Shown: piece after piece, positions 52,301-62,996 of the stretch | Position numbering within the stretch: position 1 is the first letter of the stretch | How the letters are laid out: every line of letters starts with the position of its first letter | Source of the DNA: Octopus bimaculoides | Taxonomy: Eukaryota | Reading direction: 5' to 3' | Length of the DNA stretch: 64,000 nt | NCBI RefSeq assembly: GCF_001194135.2 | Contig: NC_068990.1 | Coordinates: 70,545,550-70,609,549 of the forward strand | The notes under the pieces: model-generated | The model's input: only the letters and a program-made list of their open reading frames with translations | Databases searched by the model: none | Told to the model about the DNA's origin: nothing | Made by a program: the position numbers and the translations under genes

Positions 52301-55300
52301 AAGTGGCAAACAGGATATCGGCCTGTAATTGTCTACCATATTGCTTTTTTCAATGTTTTTCAGGCACAGCACTGTCCTACCCAATGTCAACCACTCTGGT
52401 GTTCCTTGGTCGGCATTTAACAAAGTGTTGAGTTGCACAGCTATTCGTGCATGACATTCACCAAATCTTTTGATCCAGTAGCCTTGAACTCCATCTGGTC
52501 CCGGGGTCTTCCTGCTGCTCATTTTTTTGCTGATTTCCTTCACTTCCCTCAGTGAAATGACTAGTTCTGCCTGTTTTGGACAGACTACAGTTTGTTTCAG
52601 TTTTTGCAACCATTCAGCATCCTTCTTGTGCTCCTTGTCTTTGCTCCAGATGTCACTCCAAAACCTTTGACTTTCAATGTTATCTGGTATCAACTCTTCA
52701 TCTGTACACTCTATTTATTTCTTTATAGAATCTCTTCTTATCTATTCTGAATAACCTATTCTGATGGTAACCCTTCATTCTTTGGTCGTATCTTACCATC
52801 TTTGCTTTCTTTGCAATGAGGCGCTATTTCAGTTCCTCTGTTGCTACTTTCAGGCCCTTTCTTTCAATATTATACTTCCTTTTCAGCGCCTCATATTTTT
52901 ATTTATTTTTAAGCTTCCCTTTCTCTTTTTGGTCTAACACAGAGATTTCCTTCGAGAGCCTGGATTCTTTCTTTCCACCATGGATCTTTTCTTTTGTCAC
53001 TCCCATTATGTTTCTTTTTCTTGACATCAACACCCATGTTTTCTGCTACAACAATACTTGATCAAATTATTTGTTTCTGTGATGTTGTTTGTTCTGACGT
53101 ACTTCAGAATTTCATTGGCATTTTTCATTTCTTGGTTCAATTTCCATCAATCAACCTTTTTAAAGTTGCAAATAATGTTGCTATCATTCTCCCGTAGTCT
53201 TACCTTTATTCTGTCATAGATTGCCTTTTGTTCATCTGTCATGTCACCATTAGTTTAACTGTCCTCTTTTAGATCATCTATATGTCTCTCATCAAGTAAA
53301 CTACCACTGCTCCTTTCCTGCACTATGAGATTACTCTTATTAGTAAGAAATGTATTTTCATTGTTATCTCTGCTGCTATTTTCCATGACGCGTCCTTTGA
53401 TAGCTTCAAGCTCTACTTCTGTGAACCAAACCAATTTTTTCTTATTGCTCTAGCTTGATCTCACAGTCTCTGTTCCATGAGTTGAAACAATCCCTTTTCT
53501 CTCTAATGATCATACATAAGTTGTCAGTAGCCCCTAATTTCAGCACCATTTTCATCTACCGGGCTGCTCAGGTAGTAACACTCCATGACCACAGCATTAA
53601 TTTGCTTGCTCCATCTATGCCGTGTGTGGTGGTCCCTTTCTGGATATCAACAGGCTGGAGCTGAACCAGAATCTCTGAGCCTACCGGGTGTAACACTGTC
53701 ACTATCATTGGCTTCAGTTTCATTACCATTAGTAGTGTTTAGTATTAGCAGCTGCAGCATATTATTTTTATTTTTATTTTTATCACCATTAGCACCTCTA
53801 CCATTGCTGGAGGAAATAGTTGGGTAGTAGTTTGGTGAATAGATCATGTTCTACAGGTCTGTAAATAGATTTGGCAGATAGTGGGGAGGTCAGCCATAGA
53901 GACAAAAAATCTTCGCACCCTTTGGGTCAGCAGAGGTCAAATGTGTTTACTATTACCAGTGGCCACTGAAAGCACTGCCTTGAAAAGAAGCAATTCAACC
54001 TGTTCTTTTTGTAATTACTGGTAGAAAAACCAACAATAATAATACACTCACACACACATATATATATATATACATACACACACACATACATATATACTGA
54101 TATTCATGTCGTTGAATTTTTGAAGTTATGAATTCAATTGTGCTGTTGCAATAAAAGGTGTGTTTACGTATTTGGGTAATATATTAAAGTTTTAAAGTTT
54201 TCTTGAGAAGTTCGTTTGTCTGTCCAGTTGGAGAACACAGTAGGACTTTTGCAATAAAAAGGATGTTTACATTTTCGAATACTTAGGGAGAGTCAAAAAG
54301 AAAAGGAAACAAGTTGTAGATAGTAAAGTCTTAAGATTTACTAAATGTGGTCTTTTTTATGACCGCACAGAGAGAAATGGTAGTGTTCTTAGAATAAAAG
54401 GGAGGATGATGTTTACATTTTCAGGGAGAGAGGAAAGGATAAGTATTCACACAGTAGTTGTAGATATTAAAGGGTTTTGTTTTTTTTTAAGCTGATCATT
54501 TGTGTATTCGAAAGCTGTAGGTATGTAAGTTTCCTAACTGATTTTATTTTGAGGGAAATTTAAAATATTCACTGGAAATTGTAGATATTCCAGTCTTTGG
54601 GAATAGTAGGAAGAAGAGATGTTCACCTTGTTGGATTTTTGAATTTCTGAATTTCTTTTTCTTTTGGAATTTTTCTTTTCTTTTTAAAAATTTTGCTGTG
54701 GTTTACAGTTTTTTTAGTTGTGCAGTATGTATATATAGGCAGGTGTTTACTTCCTTAAATTTTATCGTGCATTTAATTGTGTTGTTACAATAAAAGGCAT
54801 GTTTACATATTCTGTTAGTCAGGGAAGAAGGGAAGACAAAATGTTCACACAAAATTAGAGATATTAAAGTTTCTAAATTTTTTGAGGTGTTTGTATGTCC
54901 ATTCAGAGAAAACTGTGGTGTGTTTTTTTCTTTTTCAATAAAAAGGATGTTTACATTTTCGAATATTCAGGTAAAAAGGAACGGAAAGTAAAGGAAGTTA
55001 AAATTTTTCCTCAGAAAATTGTAGATATGAAGCTTTCAAAATTTACTGGAGATGATCTTTTGACTGTCCGAACAAAGAAAACTGTAGTGTTCTTGAAATA
55101 AAGAGGATGTTTACATTTTCGAATACTCGGAGAAAAAAAAATGATAGGTATTCACAGAAGGTGTAGATATTAAAAGTTTCTAAGCTGATTGTTTATATGT
55201 TTGAAAGCTGTAGATATGTAAGTTCCTTAACTTATTTTGAGGGAAATTCAAAATATTCACAGGAAACTAGATATTCCAGTCTTTTAGAGTTATTTTTTCA

Positions 55301-55389
55301 GTTGTCCTGCTGGGTTGTATTAGTGTTTCTGTGTCTTCAGCTGCTGACAGGTCAAAGCAGCGAAGAACAGGTCCAGCCACTCCTATTAT

Positions 55390-55427
<38 letters not shown>

Positions 55428-58252
55428 TCTTTATTTATTATTTATTTATTTTTATGTTGGTTGTTCTTTCACAGTTTTATTTAGATGTGACAGATGTAAT
55501 GTTAAATGATGCCCCTGATAGCAGCTTCCATCCAAAGTAAGTGAAACAATTGGCTCTCAGTTAATATTTTCGTTCAAATTCTTTTCAGTTTTGCCTGTTA
55601 ACCACAACCATTTCTGTTATTTTTACATAGTTCTTCAATTTTATCATAGTTCCATTCTGTGTGACTTCATTTCTGTGTCAATATAACAACGCAAACATTT
55701 CACTACAACATAGCAAACCAACAGGAAGACACCACTTATATAAGGGCTCAAACTGCTAGGAATAGCAAACAAATCTCCTTCAAAAGACACAGAAAGCCTT
55801 TTGTATAGTTACTTATCCTGCCAGGAATAGCAACTAAATCTCTTTCAAAGGACACTCAACCATTTTAATATGTAAGCTACATTGAATGATAGGGAGCTAA
55901 ATGCAATGACCCTAGGGAAATACAGGAGGGCTGAGCTGGGGTTAAACAATAACAACATATATACAGCAGCTAAATGGTAAATGATCTGTGTCCTTAAAAT
56001 ATTGAAAGTATGTCTTGTGCTTCAAATCCCACTGAGGTCAACTTTGTCTTTCATCTTTCAGAGTTGATATGTCACAAAAATCAATATTAAATTTCACCTA
56101 CCTTACAATCACTGTAACTTACCCACAAGATGAACCAACAATATGTATACTATTTGGTGAACCAAAATACTTTACAGTCTGATATAGGCAACTTATCAAT
56201 CAGAGACTTTGAAGACACTGTCAACCTTTTACTTGTAAAAATAAGTGTGAGGATTTCTACTTAATTGTATTGGACTGTTTTTGTAACATAACTATACATG
56301 AAATCAAACACGGATATATACTTGTGTGTATGTATATATGTGCATAGCACTGAGAAGTAGCAGAGATTACTCTCTGTTACTTCTTGGTGCTTTACAGGTA
56401 TTACTGATCACCAATTCCTCTTCTTCTGACTACTAAGATAACAAAAATAGGCCATATTTTGTCTTTGATGTCATTTTATAATTACTAGTAAAGTGAAATC
56501 TTTAATCTGCCTTCATTAAGTTTTAGAACAATCTCCCAGATAGGAATGGTACTTGTTAACTGTCTCAAATTGTTAACATAGTGTCCAATGATGTTTGATT
56601 GTTAGGTCTTATTCTTAGTCAACTCTGTTTATAAACTGACAAATGGTTAAGAGATAGTTAATCACATGAATCCTTGAAGTCATATTTCTGGTTGTGATCA
56701 ATGATTCTTCTTTGTGATCATTTAAGATATGGAACATAAAACATGTTGTGATCTTTGTTTGAAAAATGATCAGGAAATTTACTGAGAGAGACTCAAGTCC
56801 TATATTAAACAGATTGAGCTGTGTCAATGTATGAACTCCTCTATTTGCTCAGCCCATTACTACTCCAAGCTGTTAATTTGATCAATAGATCAATAATTTT
56901 CATTTTGAATCTTCCCTAACAATAGAAGAAAGGGATTTTTTTGTGTTAAAAGTTTAATTCTGTTGTAAAACATTACCCATTGATGTTTGTTTCTCTTTAT
57001 AAAAATGTGTTGATGCTTGTTCTCTTCAAGGAATGACCGTTATGATTTGTTAAGACTGTGTATTGGAGACAACACCTTATATAAACTTAGGAACATCCAT
57101 TTGTTTATGGTGAGTAACATAATGTAAATGGCTTCAACACATATTATAAACTTTTTCATGACTGACTCTCCTGTAATTATTATTATTATTATTATTATTA
57201 TTATTGAGTGAGAGAGCAGCACATGCCATCAAAGTGACCCTGGGGTACCAATACATAAAGCCCAATATACCCATCATGACTACCTGTCTGATAAGGGTAC
57301 ACCAGGCACATGCATCACAACCATATGTGCATGATATGGTGATCTCATATCAAGATAAGCAGTATGTGATCTAGCAGGTGGGACCCAGTTAGAATTTTCT
57401 TCAGATCAAGTAGCCCTTCCTGCTCAAAAGTTACCCAAATAAAGGTTATTTAAGGATGATGAACGACACAACAATGTTTCCAGAGGTGAATTATTCAAAC
57501 CCCAAATAATTCCTCTCAACACATGGCTATGACACTCCCCCACTACTGCTTGTAATCAGAGATGCACATATTGTCAGCCACTAAGGGACATGCTCAACTG
57601 GTGATGGTCAAGTAACTGACAAACAAATCTGTGGTATTGAGCAGAATATTTGCTGTAGCCCATCTTTTATACCAAGACAAAACATGTACATGTGAACACT
57701 TACAATCAGTTAAGACCAGAAGCCATGAGAGCTACTGCCTGGTATTATTATTATTATTATTATTGCTAATTTCTGCTGAGGTTGATTTTGCCCTTTCATC
57801 TTTTCGGGGATCACTGAAAAAAGTACTGGGGTCAATGTAATCAACTATCTCCCTCCCCAAAAGTTCCAGGCTTTGTGCCTGTAGTGGAGAGGATTATTAT
57901 TATTATTGCTGTTGTAGATGTTGTTAGAGCATTGAAAGAAATGCTTTGCAGCTCTTGTTCTGGCTCCTTACTTTCTGATTTCAAATCCTGTCAATAATAT
58001 AAAGTACCAGTCAAACTCTAGTGCTGATGGTAGTGATTGATCCCCTCCCCTTAAAATTGCTGACCTTGTGCCTAAATGATAAACTATTGTTATTATTTTT
58101 GTTGTTATTATGGCTATGGTTCAGGGCGGTGGATTGGCAGAATTATTACAGCATCCAAGTGCCTTGTAGTATTTGTTTCAAATTTTTACATTTTGAGTTG
58201 AAATCCCACCAGAGCCAATTGTACTAATCATCCCCCCACACCCCATTGTCAC

Positions 58253-58286
<34 letters not shown>

Positions 58287-60667
58287 TGTTCAATATGATC
58301 ATTATCTAGCCGTTCAGTGCTAGTTATGTTATTTACTGATGTCTGGCCATTTAATTTTTTTTTAGGTTGGATGTGGAGCCATTGGGTGTGAAATGTTGAA
58401 AAACTTTGCTTTGCTTGGTTTAGCGACTCAAGGAGATGGTTTGGTTTGTACAATGACTGTATATCACTCCACTTTGAAGAACAGTGACATATAAACATGC
58501 ATTAAACACACAGAAACATTATTATTTATTCTGACATCATGTAAATTATCTGCTTGTTGTCATGTTGTGATGACTGGGTGGTTTAAAACAATGACCTGCT
58601 CACCACTAAAAATCAATATCCTTTAGTAGCAATAGGACAAACACATTAGTTTATGTGTGATAGTTGGTGGCTATGTAGTTAGTAAGCTTACTTCACAACT
58701 ATATAAATCTGGGTTTGATCCCACCAGGTGCCAACCTGGGGCAAGTGTCTTCTATTCTGGCTTGCCCTATTGTTTTTTTTTGTAAAATTTGGTTAATGGA
58801 ATTGTATTGAGCCTGTCATACATGCAACTAAAACCTCTCAGTTCTGTGTATAGAACAGATTCCATGGTTCACCTGATCTTTCGTTACCATGTTTCAATCG
58901 TGTCTTTGTTTTAATAAATTTTGAAAATAATGAAGATTTAATAAAATAACTGTCATTATTAGGCAGGTGTTTAGAACATAAGTTAGCATGAAATTTTTAA
59001 AGTTTCTATCACATACCTAGGAGTAGTCTCAGGTGGATACGGTGTATCATTGATGCTTTGTTAGCCATTTCAAAGAGATGAAAAGGAAAATTGTTTCCAA
59101 CTATGAATTAAACTAAGACTGAAAATTTAATTCTCATTCCTCAGTGTTAATTAACTCTTTCAATCAAGTCACAGAAGTGATGTAAATTTTAGTCTCACAA
59201 CCACTTTGGTAGCATACACAAGATGTTTCATTTTTATAAGGAATGAAACCTGAGAAAGCTAAACTTAATAAATGTCACTAAGATAAAAGCAAACTTAAAA
59301 CAAAAACAAGAACAGTTGAAGAATTAATCTCTAATCTTAATTTTTCATATTGCAGATTACTATCACAGATAATGATTTGATTGAAAAATCAAACTTAAAT
59401 CGACAGTTTCTGTTCCGACCTCAACATATTAGAGTAAGTCACTGGTTTTCAATAGGATATCTTGACAATTTCTTTTGCTTTTTTACAATTATCAACTGAA
59501 ACTACTAATTCTAAATATTTCCTTACCATTTTCTCCTGTAGCACCCTAAGAGTACAACAGCAGCCAATTCTGTCTTACAGATAAACCCTGGTGAGTTCTT
59601 AACATTTCACATGGGATGTGAAGCCATGGATTCATTCTTAGTTTTGGTTCTGATGTACTTGTAGAATATTGTCAACTTATTTCTTGAATCTTACAAATTT
59701 TTTAACAAATGCTATTTATGTAAAGTCTGGTATCATGGAAGCTATTTCAGTAAAATATGAGCTGTTTATCTCTTTAGGCAGAGATATCTTTGAAATATTC
59801 TTGCTTCAAGTACAAGCATGGCTGTGTGGTTAAGAAGCTCATTTTGTAACTACACAGTTTCAAGTTCATTCTCACAGTGCTGAAAAACTTCGACCATAGT
59901 TTTGGGTTCAAAAATGCTTTATGAGTGTAATTTGGTAGATGGAAACTGTAAAGAAGCTTTTTGTATATGTATATACATATATATTGCTATGTATATCAGT
60001 GAAAGATATACACATTGGTAAAAAAAAAAAAAACACTAAACCAGTATGTCAAACAAAATTATTTTGTGATATTTTATTCTGCCCATGTTGCACAAACAGT
60101 CTTTGATTATTTTCACCACTGGAAATATAGTGAACCACAGGCAGACCCATTGTTGTATGTGTTATTCCTCTGTGTGTGTGGATGTGACTGACAGGTACAG
60201 CTATTGACAATATTTTTCATAAAATAAATCATCTAAAAATGCTTCATTGATTCCAATTTTTTCTAATTTCAGCTCTCAAAATTGATGCACATCAAAATAA
60301 AGGTAAAGAATATATAATTCTTTGATTTCATTTCAATGATTACACATGTGTATGTGTGTTTTAAGGGATTTTTAGTTTTGCAGACTGTATGGCAATCTTA
60401 CTAGTGCTGGTGCCATGAAAAAATGCATCCCATACACTTTTAAAGTGGTTGGCATTAGGAAGGGCATCCAACTATAAAAACTAACGACAAACAGGCATTG
60501 GAGCTTAGCATAGCCTTCTGACTCATCAGATATTGTCATTTCCAGTACAACAGGGAAGATGGATGATGATGATGATGGTGATACACACACATAGTTTCTA
60601 TAGTTTGTATATATATGTCATCATCATCATCAATTAATGTCCTCTTTCTATGTTGGCATGGGTTGGA

Positions 60668-60720
<53 letters not shown>

Positions 60721-61147
60721 TGAAAACAATAGTGTCAACAAGAAGGAGTAAAGTTAGATAGCTATTTAATAAATACTACACATGTCTCGATACAACATAG
60801 ATCCACATATACACAAGATTTTAAATAAGCAATGGTTTACCTGTATAATGGGATCCAGATGTATCTCCTCAGATGATACTTACATTAAATCTTGTGTAAG
60901 TTGTTTATTTTATATCCTGTGTATATGTGGATCTATGTTGTATCAAAACCTGTGTAGTGTTTATTAAATTGCTGTCTAACCATACTCGTTCTTGTTGATT
61001 CAATTTTTTCAATTTTATTTTCACATGTGATGAATGCCTAAACCTAGATTTGGAAGTTTACCATAATACTACAGGCTATTTGGTAATTCTAAGGGTGAAT
61101 GAGCTCCATTTTGTACTCTATTATGTTCCTAATGGAATACACCTTAA

Positions 61148-61197
<50 letters not shown>

Positions 61198-61836
61198 TCA
61201 TTTGCATTTAATACACATTTAAGAAGTTTATGGTAACTGTCACTCTAGAGCAGGGCTGATCAACCTGAGGCCTGCAGACGTTTATCTTGCAGCCCACAGA
61301 CGTTTATCTTGTGGCTCACTTGATACTCTCTTGAAACAGGTTTATTTAAACATTTAAAAATTTTATCAGTAATTAAGGATTGTAATGAAAAGTGAAAAAA
61401 GAATGATACTACTAGGCTGTGTAGTAAGTGGCTTGCTTACCAGCCACATGGTTTCAGGTTCAGTCCCACTGCATGACACCTTGGGCAAGTGTTTTCTACT
61501 ATAGCCTCAGGCCGACCAAAGCCTTGTGAGTGGATTTGGTAGAAATAAACTGAAAGAAGCCCATCGTATTATATTATATTATATTTATCTTATGATATTT
61601 ACTTTGCTTTATATTATACTCATTTATTGTGCTTTTAATTGTTAATTTTTCTATATGTGATAGTGGATTTTCATCTATGAGTTCTTGAAACTTGGTTATT
61701 TTCCCTAAAACTATATATTTTATATATATTTTATCTATAAAGCTCAATTTAATTTTAATTTTTTATAAATTGATTTTAATTGAGTTTTTACCTGTAATTT
61801 TGGATTTTGTCCCTAATATTATTATATATATATATG

Positions 61837-61867
<31 letters not shown>

Positions 61868-62869
61868 GTAAATGTTTGTGTGACTGTGTTTGTCCCCCCA
61901 TCATTGCTTGACAACCAATGTTGGTGTGTTTACGTACCCATAACTTAGTGGTTCGGCAAAAGAGACCGATAGAATAAGTACTAGGCTTACAAAGAATAAG
62001 TCCTGGGGTCGATTTGTTCACAGTCAAATGACTGAAACAAATAAAAGAACACTGTTTTTACAATGATAATATTTCATGTTGAATCAACAATCATTCATTC
62101 ATTATTGTAATAATAGCATGAGAAAGCAAAATGCTTTCAATTCTGTTAGTATACAAGCAGCTCTCAAAAACCTTTCTGTGATTATAGTGACCTGCAATGT
62201 AATTCAAGTTGGCCAGGCCTTCTGTAAAGTGTACCTGACAAACTGCCATACCTTTAAAGTCTTAACATTGCTACAAAACAATGAAGTCAGCACCAATCTT
62301 TATGACTGTTATTAAAACTCAGTGTCTATAAATACCAAGTATTAAAGCATGATATCACAGATAAGCTTTTAAATTGAAATACATGTGGAGGCTGTAATTT
62401 AGATTTAGTATAAGAAATGAAAACTCTTAGCAAAGGTTTAGAAAAACTCTGAGGAAATTTCTCAAATAAACCCTTGGTAATACTTTCAAAACTCTGTGTG
62501 TGTACACTTTAGTTTTCCCAAATTAATTTTATCATCTGATGTTCCCAATATTGTGTACCAAGCTCAATACAATCAACATAATTGTCTCCCTGAAATTATT
62601 TGCCCTATACCATCATTATAAGCTATCATTAAAGGTATACCTTATTCTTACCTTTCATCTTTATCTTTTATATTTTACCTTTATTACATTGAAATATTTT
62701 TTCTGATAAATAAAATACAAAGATCTTTTTTCTTACATCTTCATTTTTCCTGTTTTTGTTTAGTGTGTCCCCAAACAGAACACACAATCTATACTGATAC
62801 TTTCTTCGAAAACCAACATATTCTAATTAATGCATTAGACAATGTTGAAGCACGGCGCTATATGGACAG
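32600..62869 (+). CDS. UBA6: Ubiquitin-like modifier-activating enzyme 6 (E1), partial multi-exon gene (14 exons visible)
   Basis: Spliced exons give [77 protein letters not shown] and [12 protein letters not shown]. These are collinear with UBA6 as I recall it ([20 protein letters not shown] and FLFRPQHI fit UBA6 better than UBA1). All junctions are GT-AG and phase-compatible except across 45747-55474. Confidence 0.92.
33815..34085 (-). mobile_element. REL endonuclease fragment of an R4/NeSL-type LINE
   Basis: WDISI...HNRLNIVVW...[10 protein letters not shown]...K.KNYGQLL...[14 protein letters not shown]. Confidence 0.78.
34189..34269 (+). CDS. UBA6: UBA6 exon [27 protein letters not shown]
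   Basis: atttctag| acceptor, |gtaagt donor, 81 nt, phase 0 to 0. Confidence 0.93.
34985..35750 (+). mobile_element. RTE LINE 3' end with tandem-repeat UTR
   Basis: [27 protein letters not shown]; UTR and (GAT)n tail. Confidence 0.9.
35843..35965 (+). CDS. UBA6: UBA6 exon [41 protein letters not shown]
   Basis: ttttcag| acceptor, |gtacta donor, 123 nt; conserved E1 FCDFG motif. Confidence 0.95.
36130..36253 (+). CDS. UBA6: UBA6 exon [41 protein letters not shown] (first catalytic cysteine half-domain)
   Basis: ttgccag| acceptor, |gtaggt donor, phase 0 to 1. Confidence 0.95.
37210..37319 (+). CDS. UBA6: UBA6 exon (V)[36 protein letters not shown]
   Basis: tgtttag| acceptor, |gtaata donor, phase 1 to 0. 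Confidence 0.92.
38030..39006 (+). mobile_element. Helitron-like element with an internal duplication
   Basis: Duplicated blocks near 38145-38270 and 38750-38860; ACAG-gctt-CTGT hairpin (38976-38987) followed by CTAG-T (39002-39006). Confidence 0.45.
41841..41903 (+). CDS. UBA6: UBA6 exon [21 protein letters not shown]
   Basis: atttcag| acceptor, |gtaagt donor, 63 nt. Confidence 0.88.
44562..44670 (+). repeat. Degenerate TTAGGG (telomere-like) tract
   Basis: ttagggttatg...ttagggttttagggttacagttagggttagggttacg. Confidence 0.7.
45110..45138 (+). mobile_element. Helitron 3' terminus
   Basis: CCCGG-acaacg-TCGGG hairpin, 8 nt spacer, CTAG followed by T. Confidence 0.75.
45670..45746 (+). CDS. 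UBA6: UBA6 exon [25 protein letters not shown](R)
   Basis: Polypyrimidine tract ending ccaag|, |gtaagt donor, phase 0 to 2. Confidence 0.88.
46121..46440 (+). mobile_element. Helitron/DINE-like 5' portion
   Basis: TCTAT...TATATAAA start, (GTCT)n, actacacaaccaatttcattcaaatttt block. Confidence 0.55.
46493..46980 (-). mobile_element. Helitron 3' portion on the - strand
   Basis: cacgg-gcaacg-ccggg hairpin (46506-46521) then CTAG-T at 46497-46493; the distal boundary is approximate. Confidence 0.6.
47584..47920 (+). mobile_element. Helitron-like 5' portion
   Basis: TCTATTATATAAAAG start and actactgcactgatcctaatgaaattt block, related to 46121. Confidence 0.5.
48432..49283. other. Assembly gap (852 N) inside the UBA6 interval that lacks expected exons
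   Basis: N run. Confidence 1.
49943..50462 (+). mobile_element. Young RTE LINE 3' end (CpG-rich)
   Basis: [48 protein letters not shown], (GAT)n tail. Confidence 0.92.
50818..51280 (-). mobile_element. RTE LINE 3' UTR, inverted relative to 49943-50462
   Basis: (CAT)n then gtttaacgtccgctttcc...ggatgcccttcctaac. Confidence 0.9.
51462..53830 (-). mobile_element. R4/Dong-clade LINE, 5' region and RT, 3'-truncated
   Basis: VVMECYYLS...EQRL.DQARAI N-terminus; [71 protein letters not shown]. Confidence 0.88.
54110..55290. repeat. Degenerate higher-order tandem repeat
   Basis: Motif (c)aataaaa-gg-atgtttacat recurs six times (near 54150, 54253, 54393, 54788, 54937, 55096); 54490-54600 closely matches 55180-55285. 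Confidence 0.7.
55475..55536 (+). CDS. UBA6: UBA6 exon [20 protein letters not shown](K)
   Basis: ctttcacag| acceptor, |gtaagt donor, phase 0 to 2; joins in frame to the next exon. Confidence 0.82.
57031..57109 (+). CDS. UBA6: UBA6 exon [26 protein letters not shown]
   Basis: ctcttcaag| acceptor, |gtgagt donor; conserved DRYD motif. Confidence 0.93.
58366..58443 (+). CDS. UBA6: UBA6 exon [26 protein letters not shown] (GxGAIG ATP-binding motif)
   Basis: tttttag| acceptor, |gtttgt donor, 78 nt. Confidence 0.96.
59356..59433 (+). CDS. UBA6: UBA6 exon [26 protein letters not shown]
   Basis: attgcag| acceptor, |gtaagt donor; canonical E1 SNLNRQFLF motif. Confidence 0.97.
59542..59590 (+). CDS. 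UBA6: UBA6 exon [16 protein letters not shown]
   Basis: cctgtag| acceptor, |gtgagt donor, phase 0 to 1. Confidence 0.92.
60273..60302 (+). CDS. UBA6: UBA6 30-nt exon (A)LKIDAHQNK
   Basis: atttcag| acceptor, |gtaaag donor, phase 1 to 1; supplies residues matching IKIDAHLNK. Confidence 0.88.
60715..61016. repeat. Palindromic MITE-like inverted repeat
   Basis: ~115-bp arms; 27-bp perfect core at 60789-60815 and 60918-60944. Confidence 0.85.
61251..61400 (+). mobile_element. hAT/Charlie-like MITE end
   Basis: cagggctgatcaacctgaggcc terminus; internal 22-bp tandem cagacgtttatcttg. Confidence 0.45.
62764..62869 (+). CDS. UBA6: UBA6 exon (V)[34 protein letters not shown](S/R)
   Basis: tgtttag| acceptor, |gtagga donor; [10 protein letters not shown] motif. 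Confidence 0.96.
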
Positions 62870-62996
62870 GTAGGAGAGGCAGATAACTTTTTCTAATTCA
62901 TAAAAATAAACTCCATATATCTATTTTCAATCATGTTCATGTTGTTTATAGACTTGTACTGATGTAGTTGCCTATATTTATGCATTTCTCAGTATA

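Noticed and set aside
54110-55290. CRISPR-like repeat-spacer pattern
   Set aside because: The units are diverged, the intervening sequences are homologous to each other, no cas genes are present, and the context is eukaryotic.
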